This document shows, piece by piece, positions 54,280 to 64,000 of a stretch of 64,000 nt of DNA. The stretch is from Craspedostauros australis. Its lineage: Eukaryota. How positions within the stretch are numbered: the stretch's first letter is position 1; each line of letters begins with the position of its first letter. A program made the position numbers and the translations under genes. The DNA lies in NCBI GenBank assembly GCA_030167865.1, contig JALAGF010003814.1, positions 1-64,000 of the forward strand, written 5' to 3'. A model generated the notes under the pieces. It ran no database searches and was not told where the DNA came from. It saw only the letters and a list, made by a program, of their open reading frames with translations.

Positions 54280-56337
54280 GTTGTGATCAGGATAGAGGGG
54301 GATCGTGCATGTGGTTGTGATCCTGTCGTTTCGATTCGTCGAGCGCCGATTCTTCGCTGATCTTGTCGTGTTGGAGGTGGTTGACGTTTGTTGCGGGCGC
54401 AGGACGAGCACGAGTGGCGTGTTTCTTGTTGGGACGCCTTCCTTCGTGTGTCGCTTTCCCAGATGTCTCCGCGTTGGCGTTCGTTTTTCGGGTTCTGTCA
54501 CTCTTCTTGTTTGCCGCCTGTTCTTCTTTCTTGTTTGCCTTCCTTCTTGGTTGGCTGCTCTCTTGCCTTCTTCCCTTCTTGCCTTGGTTTGTGCACAGCT
54601 TTCCCACGTTGGTTTCTTGCTGTTTCTTTTCTTGCCACACATCAGCGCTCGCTATCGTTCCGCGTGTTTTCCCTTCTTGCAGTCCGTGTGCGTGCTTTTT
54701 TCGTGATGGCATGTGTTCGTGCTGTTGTTCCGCACTTTGGCACAGAGTATTGGCATTCAAGTACGCGTAGTATTGCTACCAGGGCGTACATTCGTCGGGC
54801 AGTTGCGTGCCAAACTCGCGCATTCACACTTATCGCTCTGCAGTGTTGCTGCTTTCCCTGGTTACGATGGCGTCACTATTGTGCCCTCCTGTAAATTCCT
54901 ACTGCAGCCTATCATATCGCACGGCTCAGCACGCACCACACGAAAGCGCGGGAAAATGGTTGCAATGAAATTTCCACCGTGCTTCTTGTGGCTCCACAAC
55001 GATGGATACAAAAGACCGCACTATGCCCAATGAATCGGCTAAATCACTCTCATTCAACGCGGGACATCCTATGTACCAATTTTTTGAAAACTGGCCATAA
55101 GTATTTAGTAATGTATTCATGTACTAATACAATGTATATGTTCATCTGACATTGAAATCGCAAAAGTGCCAAGCTCCGGCAGACAAGTGACACCTGACGG
55201 CTTGTCGGAAGCAGATCGAACAGGCCCATCAGCACAAACAGATGAGATGTCCATCGCCACTTTTTCCTTCGCTTTTGCGTTGAGTGGCCTCTCTGCTATC
55301 CTTCGCCGTCTCCCTCGCGCTTTCAGTACGCGCAGCGAGAACGAAGAATCTTGCCAACTTCGATGTGCCTTGATGCTGGAGGGAGGTGCGCGCACTTGCT
55401 CCATCTGCTTCCGACACCATCTCATGAACTTGATCCACATCCTCGCGCTCCCACGATTGCTCTCTGGGGTGCTGCCGACTTTCATGAGGTACGTACATGG
55501 TTGTATGCAAGGAACAGTTGGCGAAGTCTTCATTGGCATCACAGAACGGCATTGTGGATCGACCCTCGCTCAAGGCGTGCCAACCTCTGGCACAGCGACG
55601 ACGATCATCACGGTCGACATCGTGGTCAATGATACTCGACTCTCCGACACGGTACTCCACGCGGTGAACTCCGTCACAATGACCATTCGCACTTCATTGG
55701 CTCGTCTGTCATGACAGGAGCGCGATACTCGCAGCATTCCGTCGTCATCAACCGCTTTCACTCACTCGCCCACCCGCTCACCCAAGGCTCACTCACTCTG
55801 TGTCTCTGTGTTGGCAGTCCGATGGACGTTGACAAACACCTTTTCGTGAAGCATTCAGAGGGTTGGAAAGCCTCTCTCTCTTTTGTGTGCATGGCCTCGA
55901 TGACCTTCGTCTGTTCTCCATCATGTGACGTACGTAAGTGAACTTTCCCACACAAGGCATCATTCTGCGTCTCAGAAACAGCGCACATCGCCCATGGGGC
56001 TCCATCAATCGTGCAAAGCGACAATGGCCCTCGCAACCGCGGTTATCATCGGTCGTACCTCCACGGCATCGTGATGTTACGGTTTCATGCGGTCTATGCT
56101 ATTGCTCACTCTGCAACGGCAGCGGAATGGTGCTTTCGGAGGCCGTGGACTGCAGTGGCGATGCTGTATCTTGCCTTGTGTGCTCACTGCCCCCTGACCA
56201 TTGCCCATGGCTCTCCACCACCAGACTCATGCCGACAACAGTGAATGTATGACATCGTATCGTGTTCCTTCTATTGCTGCTCGATGGAAATGCAATGACT
56301 GACTACACTTGCTTACGCGGCCGAATTCTCTATCGCC

Positions 56338-59289
56338 CTATTGCAGCATGGGTCGGAACACGAAGAAGGGATGATCCACGACGCGCATCTTGCCATTCAC
56401 AGCCCCAACGGTCATGCTGTCGTCGCCGTGATCATCCCGATCCTGGTTTGCTTCGCGCCTGTCCGCATCTGCATTCGCATCCACATCGACAGCCATGCCA
56501 TCATCATAATCGCTGTCGCCATCGTCGTCCTTGCTCTTCTTCCCCTTCTGGCTTGCTTGTGGTTCGGTTTCCGTGATGACCGCTGGTGTTTTCCGCATGC
56601 TTTCACCTTCCCTCACGATTTCAATGTCTTGCGCCAGATACTCGTGCAAAGGAAATTGCTTCAAATACAACGGGATCCTGTCCACGTCCTTGTCGTTAGA
56701 TCCGTGCGATCCATTCTGCCGGCCATTCGATCCGCCGTCGCCCACGCCGCCTTCCCCGTCACCCATTGTGGTGGATGCCACAACTGCCTCATGCAGCTTC
56801 TTGGAGAGGATCTTTTCATCGAGATCACCAGCCTCCAACTCCTCCATCGTGGATTGGTAGAAGGCCTGCGACACGGACGATGTGCGGCGGCGTTTCGAAG
56901 GCGATGCATCGTCGTCACCATCGTCTTTGGATCGACCTCTGCGACCACGAGCGGGCGACCGCTTGTCTCGGCCATCATTGCCATCATCGATGCGCCTCTG
57001 CCTCATCTCCGCCAGCAACCCGAACAGAGCGCGGCTGACATCTGGAATATACTTCGTGAGCTTGCTCTTGCGATCGCGCTGATCGCGCAGCGCATTGCGC
57101 TTGATCAGCACCGTGCGCAGCTGCTGACAGCACATCTGCAGCACGCGCTTGACGGACGTGGATATCTCCGTGATGTCGTCGCCGATGTACTCCTTGCCCG
57201 TGCCCTTGTATGGAATCTTGGTCGACACGATGCTGACGAAGACACCGATCTTGTCACGCTTGGGATCGATCTTGTAGTTGGCCCACTTGAGCTTGGTCAT
57301 GGCGACGCGCGTGGATACGTCCGCCGCGCCTTCGAAGAGCAGTGGGATGCGGTTGGCGAAGCGCAAGACCGTGATGCCCTCCTTGACGATGGCCGTTGCG
57401 TTTGTGTGCGCGCCGGTGTTGGAGGACGTGTTGCCGCTGCCGCCCAGCGACACGGCGGCCTCCACGAGGAAGGAATGGCCGTCGTAGGCTCCCGGCTTGT
57501 CACGTGACGTGGCGACGTAGTCCGGATTCAGCACCTTGCGGATGCCGAGGTTGAGGTTGTACTCGCCGAGCGGGCTGAGGCAGTTGCCGTCGGGCGCCTT
57601 GACGTTCGTGCGACGCAGCACCTGAACGAGCTTGGTGATGTCCAGGTCCGACAGGGAGGATATGGTCTTCGTGTTGACCCAGCTGCAATCCTTGATCATT
57701 CTGGTTGCGATGGCCGGGGAGATGCTGGAGAGTTCGGAGGTGAGGAACTTGTGCAGGGTCATTTTGGCATCCACGCGTTCCATGAGCTGCTGGATGACGA
57801 GGTTGTTGACGCTGGTGGGGTGATGCTTGACCTGTCTGGCAGGCTCCGGCATCTGCTCGCTGCGGCGGTCGTAGCGGATTTGGAAGTTGAGATGATCGCT
57901 CTGGCTGTGGGAGTACTGGAATTCCAGCTGCGCGTACGGTGTGATGATGGCCAGCTGCTGGAAGTACTTGACGATGCGTGCTTTGCTGTTTGTTCATTTG
58001 TCGTCGTCGTTGTTATTGTTGTTGTGGTGGTGGTGCGTGAGTTGAAGAATGACAATGTTGGCGATCGTTGGGATGAGTGAAGTTGTGAGATGCTATGCCA
58101 TTTTTTAGCAATAGTTGAAATACTTGCACACACAGAAGTGGACATCGAATAGAATAGCACTGCGCCAATGTTGATGCCCCAACGCATGCAGAGCAATAAT
58201 CACAGCATTCATACTCGCATTCGTACTCGCACTCATGCTCTCGTCTACTCACTATGTGGTCCAATTGCCTTCGATACAAAGCTCCAGCTCCGTCCCGATC
58301 CACCGTTCCTCATCGTTCTTCTCCTTGACATGCTTGTGCAGCCTCGGACAGTTCTTGGAAATGTCGATATCCAACACGCACGTCGACTTGTACTTGGGAA
58401 TCGTCTCATCGTCCGCCAGCATGTGCTTGCGCGATTTGGCACGATGTGCCGTGACGACGCGGATCGGCATGTTGGTCGATTTCTGACTCCAAATCAAGGC
58501 CATCTTGGCACCGAGTCCGAACTTGCCGCGCGTTTGACGCACGCCGTACTTGCTGCCACTCAACACGCGGCCCAGCAGGTCCGGAATGGCGTCGTGGTCC
58601 ATGCCGCAGCCGTTGTCACGGACCTGGATGATGAAGTAGCTGCTTTGGGATCGTTTGGATGCTTGCTTCTTGCTCGGCGTCGATCCTTTGGCCGATGATT
58701 TGGTGGTTTTGCCGGCAGCAGCGGCGCCTTTGGATTTTGGCGTTTCCGGCGGTGGATCAGCAGATGGCTCCGAAGCGATGGCATCTTTGTCACCATCTAT
58801 GGCCGTCTCCCGTTGCTGCAGAGATGGTGGCAGTGCAGAGTCCAGTGCAAGTTCTTCGTTGTTCTGGTTCATGTCGTCGTCAATGTCACCATTGTTAATC
58901 CCCACAACGTGAGCAATGGCGTCAGTATCAGCAACCGCAGGAACATGATCAGCAGAGATCTGCTTGGGCTTCTTGCTGTTGGCCTCCTCTTCGTACCTGG
59001 CGGCAAATTCTATCCCCTGCTTGCGATTGAACTCGTCCGTCGTGATTTCTTGGATGTTGACGGAGATGGACGGCAGCTGACCGATGGATTCGCACGCGTC
59101 GAGCGAGTTCTCCACCAGTTCGCGGATGCTGGTGTACAGCGACTTGCCCTTGTTGTCGAATCCAGCGATGGCCTGATGCTCCGCGAAGAACTGGGCCGGC
59201 GACTTCTGCTGCTGGATCTCCGCGTTGTTGCCTTTCTTGGTCTTCTTCCGTTTGGGCGTCGATGCGCCGGAGGACGACTTGCGGGGCAT
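56338..59289 (-). CDS. TOP6B: DNA topoisomerase VI subunit B, ~894 aa
   Basis: Exons 59289-58253 (TA|GTGAGT) and 57985-56338 (CAG|C) join GNWTT-Y-KARIVKYF. Motifs: SPAQFFAEHQAIAGFDN, RELVENSLDACE (GHKL N-box), DNGCG, QTRGKFGLG, KHHP, LSPLGE, RFANRIPLLFE, STKIPYKGTGKEYI. Confidence 0.96.
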
Positions 59290-60032
59290 GTCGTTCGGGG
59301 GCTGTCCTATGGCGATTCAATCAGGTTTCTCCTTGTCTCTGTCTCCGTGCTTGTTGTGATCTTGTTCGCTGACGGACGATCTATGGGTATGAGATTACTA
59401 TTCTACAATAATATGGTTCATGTATTCTACTATTCGAACTATGATCGATCACACTTGTGCACACACAGAGAGAATTCATGCGGAATGGTGTTTGTTTGTT
59501 TGTTGGTCGTCTTGTTTGGCGCCAACGATTTCCAGGTTTTCGCCGTTTCATCGCATCTTGGTGTTTTCGGTTGTGGTCGATTGAATCGATTGTAACGGTT
59601 CGCGCCAAAACGGATCTTTCGCTGGACTGATGCAGTCCCTCTCACCAGGCACAACAAGAAAAAGGTATCCTCGGCAAGCAACGAACTGCGTTGGATGGAG
59701 ACGACAAGGACACAAAGCATCGGGTACATGGACATCGCGGATCGTTAGGAGGAATGTGTCGATGATTCACCAATTCATCCATCCGTCTCATGGTGGGCAT
59801 GTGGGCAGTTGCGGCGGTGTATCCACCCAAGACGCAGTGGGTGTCAACACGATTGAAAGCAACGCGCCCACTTAGAGCGCAGAGGCTGGTTCGTGAATCG
59901 AAGGGGGCTGCGTTCTCATTATTTCCAATTGTTGTGATTCGTGATGTGGGAACTGTCGCCGCATTTCCGTTCCAGAAGCGAACGCGAGCACGGTGTGTGT
60001 GGTGTGTGGGTGGTTGGGGACAACAGGAACGG

Positions 60033-60067
<35 letters not shown>
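60033..60067. repeat. Perfect (CAT)11 microsatellite in the divergent intergenic region between TOP6B and the 60408 gene
   Basis: Eleven consecutive CAT units are visible directly. Confidence 0.95.
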
Positions 60068-60407
60068 GTGGTGGATGCATGGGCTGTGCTGATGTCGTTG
60101 ATGTCGTTGATGCCGTTGATGCTCTGCCTTCGGTCAACATGATCCTGGTTGAACACTCGCGCGCGCGAAAGCGCGAAGGATCACACACAAGAGACAGGTC
60201 AGGGCGGAGTATCACAACTCTGCAGAGAAACGTATTGTGAGATCCTCGAAGAGGACACACCCGTCACAACTCATTCATCATGCAAGTTCTGACAACCACA
60301 ACCGCACATTTCAGTCTGCGACGAACCACTTCCCACAAAACGCGCACATTGGAGCACCTTTCCCACACAACCTGTTCATCAACATCAAAAGTCCCGAACT
60401 CCATCAA

Positions 60408-63400
60408 ATGAGCGGCACCATGATGGAACCGATGGCACCGCAAGATGCGCGCAGCAATGACAAGCGCAGCACCACACCGCCACCACCCAGCCGCAAGAAG
60501 AACAATTTCCGTGATCTGCTCGGGAAATGGGCCTCGCGCGATGTCCCGGACACTGCCAGCAAGCGCAGGAGCAGCAGCATCAGCAAGGGATCTCGGCGTC
60601 ATGCCACGCGCGACAATGCGCATCACAACAGCCTCTCGGCGCTGGACTTTCTCTACGACGAAGACGATGGTGGCAAGGAAGGCCTTGACGATCCCAATGT
60701 GCACAAGGAGAGGAGCAAGACCGTGGCGAAGGATGCCGGCATGAGCTTCAACGGCGAAGGCGCTCTGTCGCCGAAGTCCGTCAAGGAATCGTTGCGACCT
60801 CGTTCGCGGCGGCGGCATAGCACGACGGCGGGGTCCGTGTCGTCACGCAAGTCTGCTCCGTCTTCGCCGACGAGCAAGAATGCAGATTTCACCAGCGCCT
60901 CCATGGTCGACATCCTCGTGAGCCCAAGGGCGGCACGCATGTCCGACAAGTCGGCGGCCGTGCATCCCATGAAGTGGCGCAAGACGTCGCTGCAGGCCAC
61001 GACGAATGCCATCCATGTCTTGCACAAGTCATCGTCCCACAAGGAGGATGATGCCCAAGCACGAGATCGCTCCAAGCATCCGCGCAGGAACCGCAGCCTG
61101 CAATCGACCACGTCGTTGCCGCATGAGACGGCCGTGGATCGGCTCAACATGTACGCAAGCCCCACCATGATCAAGAGGAAGATGCGCATCAAGGAGCAAC
61201 GCAAGAAGGAACGCACGAAGACCAGCGACGATGCAGCCGCAGCCGCGGCCGCAACCCAGGATGCATCCAGCGAAGATGCCAAGCGCAAAGTCAGCGCGTC
61301 CGCCATCCTCCATAGTCTGGCAGCCGAGGAAGAGTATCTCCATCCCGACCAACACCCGGGGAGCACCAGTGAGACCACCAGCAGCTCGCATCGATTCGTC
61401 GGTTTCATCATTTCCCACAGTCCGCCGGATGCCAAACACAAGCAGCATGCAGCGAAGAAACGGACCAGCGTCACAAGCAAAAACGACGGCAGTGCCAACA
61501 GTCCACCCTCCCAACAGCCCACGCGTTCGCCCAAACCCGCCGCGTCCTCCTCGCCAGGCGGAGACGCAGACCGCAAGAACAGAGAGAAAGACGCCAACAG
61601 CGACGGATCCAAGTACGGTGATCTTCCACCACCCCCCAAGGTGTATCGCTCCGACTTGCAGGGCGCAGATGCCGAATCTGCCGACGCTGTCGCTGCAAAA
61701 TCTGAGGATGTTGCTATTCCTGCCGGTACTTCTGGGGCTCATAGCACTACCGATGATGGCGCTGCTGCCGCCAACAAGGACAGCACCGCCGCTGCTCACG
61801 CCGCCGCTGACAGCACCAAAAAGAAGCGCACCGACAAGGCCCAGGCTTCCACCAAGACGGACAAATCGTCAAAGCGACGATCGTCGACGCCAAAGGGCGC
61901 AGCAACACCCAATCCAAAGCGGGATATCATCCTGCCGGCCCTTGACGACTCGCCGCTCCCCAGGACCAAGAAATCGAGTGATCAGATTGTGGACCGGACG
62001 CCATCACCGGAACGCACACGACGCAAGAAGAGCAAGAAGTCGCAGCGACGCAGCAGAAGCGCCGGGGCCAACAAAAAGGCAAGCAGGAGGAACAGCAGCG
62101 GCGGTCGATCGCCAAAGCGAAAACCGACAGTGCGTTCTGGCACGCCTCCGCTCACGCGCACTCCACCGCGAAATGAGGGTGGTGCCCACGATGTCCCCAC
62201 AGCAAGTCCGAAGGAGAGATTGCCTATCGCATCGTCATCCGCACGAAGCAACGTCAATACAGCACCACTGGCTTCCCAGGAAAGCGACACTGCCAAGATG
62301 AGTGCAACCATTAAGCCGTCGTTCCATGGAGACGATGCACCTCCGCAATCAGTACAAGAGAAGGCGGAGGACGTTTCCTACAAGCGGCCGCAGGCTGACG
62401 TGCCAAAGACACGATCCCCACGACGCAACATTTTGAATCAATGCAGCATCTTCGAACGTCAAATCAAGGCGAACGAAGACAGCGCTGCATCGCGCAAGAT
62501 CAGATCGCCAGCTAAGGCCGGCACGAATTACGGCAAGGCAGGCGACGAACGCAAGAACAAACCCGATGACGAAACCAGCGACGAGCTGAAGTTCCCCAAG
62601 CGGAGGTTCACCACTGGCCGCCGTAGCAGGCAGCTCGATCATTTCACTCCCACCAAGACCAAGAAGTCATCGGTTCGGGCTCGTGGCAACGGCGGTCAAC
62701 ACGGCGATGGCAATGACGTCGGTGGCAACCTGATGGATCTCATGCAACTGAATCCGCCGCCTCTGTCTTCGTCGTCCAATTCCGCCTTGGCTACTGCGAC
62801 CGAGCCCCATCCGTCCACGCGACAGGGGCAGAAGCAACGTGAAACGGGTGTCGATGGCGTGCAGGATTCGCAACTGCACGACGACGCACACACGAACCAG
62901 CCCGCACAAACGAAAACGATGACGGCGCAGAAAACCAAGAAGCGCCGCAGCAGGGCCAGGCCCAAGAAGGACCCGGATGCACCGATCGCGAAATCCTGCA
63001 GTATCAAGCATTCGTGGCAACAGCTCCAAGACCAGCGACCGCGAAATCAGAGCCAACCAGATCCGCCCAGCAGCACCGCTGCAGACACTGGCAATGCCGA
63101 CGACGAGGATGGCATCGGCGACAACGCCGGCAATCACGTCGAGCAGGACGGTGTGGATACTGGTGCTGCCATCGACATGGATGCTGGCAACAGCAACAGC
63201 AATAGCAACAGCAGCAGCAGCGACAGCAGCAGCAGCAACACACAGAACGGCAGCAGCAGCATCCCAGACGAGACTATCGAGAACAAGGACGATCAAGATG
63301 TCAAGGAGAGCGACGCGAAGGACGACGTCGAGGTGATGCCAATGTCGTCAAAGACCACTCGGATCGACCGCGATCGCTTGGTTCTCAACGAGATCAACAA

Positions 63401-63743
63401 GATGATCCTCGACGTGGAGGAGAAGGAGCTGGAGGACATCATGGACGACGAGGTGGCCGATTGCTTCCGCGAGGCAGCGGTGAAATCATCGGCATACACC
63501 CTGCGCTGGTACGACGCCTTCACCGATTCCTTCCTGCATTGCCCCAGCCTCGCGGCCACCATCCTGGACTTCACGCTGATCGAGAAGGCCGAGGAGATCT
63601 ACGGGGAGGAACTGCCATTGCTGTACACGGTGTCGTTGAGATCGGTGGCATCCTACGCGGCGCAGGATGAGATGCCGATCCCGGAGTACATCTACCGGCT
63701 GGCCGAGAAATCCACGGAGAGCGAAGAGGCGGCAGCGCACTGA
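60408..63743 (+). CDS. Hypothetical, largely disordered S/K/R/D-rich protein with a compact C-terminal domain, ~1111 aa
   Basis: Long ORF with first ATG at 60408. The last ~130 aa look globular (LVLNEINKMIL..LRWYDAFTDSFLHCP..PIPEYIYRLA) and show strong GC3 bias. Confidence 0.75.
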   Translation: MSGTMMEPMAPQDARSNDKRSTTPPPPSRKKNNFRDLLGKWASRDVPDTASKRRSSSISKGSRRHATRDNAHHNSLSALDFLYDEDDGGKEGLDDPNVHKERSKTVAKDAGMSFNGEGALSPKSVKESLRPRSRRRHSTTAGSVSSRKSAPSSPTSKNADFTSASMVDILVSPRAARMSDKSAAVHPMKWRKTSLQATTNAIHVLHKSSSHKEDDAQARDRSKHPRRNRSLQSTTSLPHETAVDRLNMYASPTMIKRKMRIKEQRKKERTKTSDDAAAAAAATQDASSEDAKRKVSASAILHSLAAEEEYLHPDQHPGSTSETTSSSHRFVGFIISHSPPDAKHKQHAAKKRTSVTSKNDGSANSPPSQQPTRSPKPAASSSPGGDADRKNREKDANSDGSKYGDLPPPPKVYRSDLQGADAESADAVAAKSEDVAIPAGTSGAHSTTDDGAAAANKDSTAAAHAAADSTKKKRTDKAQASTKTDKSSKRRSSTPKGAATPNPKRDIILPALDDSPLPRTKKSSDQIVDRTPSPERTRRKKSKKSQRRSRSAGANKKASRRNSSGGRSPKRKPTVRSGTPPLTRTPPRNEGGAHDVPTASPKERLPIASSSARSNVNTAPLASQESDTAKMSATIKPSFHGDDAPPQSVQEKAEDVSYKRPQADVPKTRSPRRNILNQCSIFERQIKANEDSAASRKIRSPAKAGTNYGKAGDERKNKPDDETSDELKFPKRRFTTGRRSRQLDHFTPTKTKKSSVRARGNGGQHGDGNDVGGNLMDLMQLNPPPLSSSSNSALATATEPHPSTRQGQKQRETGVDGVQDSQLHDDAHTNQPAQTKTMTAQKTKKRRSRARPKKDPDAPIAKSCSIKHSWQQLQDQRPRNQSQPDPPSSTAADTGNADDEDGIGDNAGNHVEQDGVDTGAAIDMDAGNSNSNSNSSSSDSSSSNTQNGSSSIPDETIENKDDQDVKESDAKDDVEVMPMSSKTTRIDRDRLVLNEINKMILDVEEKELEDIMDDEVADCFREAAVKSSAYTLRWYDAFTDSFLHCPSLAATILDFTLIEKAEEIYGEELPLLYTVSLRSVASYAAQDEMPIPEYIYRLAEKSTESEEAAAH

Positions 63744-64000
63744 AGGTGCTGGAGATTCCCTGAGTCGGTTGGATGAGACCCCAGCGAGCCATCATACTGG
63801 CTCGCATAGAACCATACGTACAAGTACCTACCATGGCGCACATTCTCCCCTTGGCTTGGTGGCAACGGGGTGCACTTGTTCTCCGAGCTTTTACACACAC
63901 ACACTCCGGAAGTACGTATGTACCTATGCGATCATCTGCAGAGTATCATACTTTGCATAGCGGCAATGAGCAGAGAAACATGGAACACTACGGCCTACTA

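Noticed and set aside
55117..55714. Overlapping 140-180 aa ORFs on both strands
   Set aside because: No recognisable motif or codon bias that would favour any frame.
56341..57507. 388-aa plus-strand ORF
   Set aside because: Antisense shadow of the GC3-rich TOP6B exon; the translation has no protein-like features.
58252..58254. Apparent premature TAG in TOP6B (and similarly in the dynamin-like gene at 45187)
   Set aside because: Each stop overlaps a canonical splice donor (TA|GTGAGT; GC|GTAAGT), and splicing restores the frame, so these are neither pseudogenes nor readthrough.

Overview
This is eukaryotic nuclear DNA: gene-dense, with short GT-AG introns and many microsatellites. The gene families suggest a diatom, probably pennate; this is an inference. 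About 18 protein-coding genes are supportable. They include a partial LRR receptor-like gene, a receptor-type class III nucleotide cyclase, an F-box/DUSP-like protein, a sigma-like GST, a GT8-like glycosyltransferase, SURF6/RRP14, a cyclase-phosphodiesterase fusion and RRP36. Also present are two members of an uncharacterised CxxC..H..C domain family, a UIM/UBX protein, an FZL/bacterial dynamin-like GTPase, a large single-pass protein with three Cys-containing repeats, TOP6B and several hypothetical proteins. I found no rRNA, tRNA, CRISPR array or intact transposon. The most interesting observation is a pair of paralogous cyclases that share an intron position but have complementary architectures: one has a sensor and no PDE, the other has a PDE and no sensor. 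Other highlights are the F-box + USP48-like DUSP fusion lacking a peptidase domain, an FZL-like dynamin with a mitochondrial-type presequence, and a SIM-UIM-UBX adaptor. Splice models were derived by hand, and domain names come from motif recognition rather than database searches.
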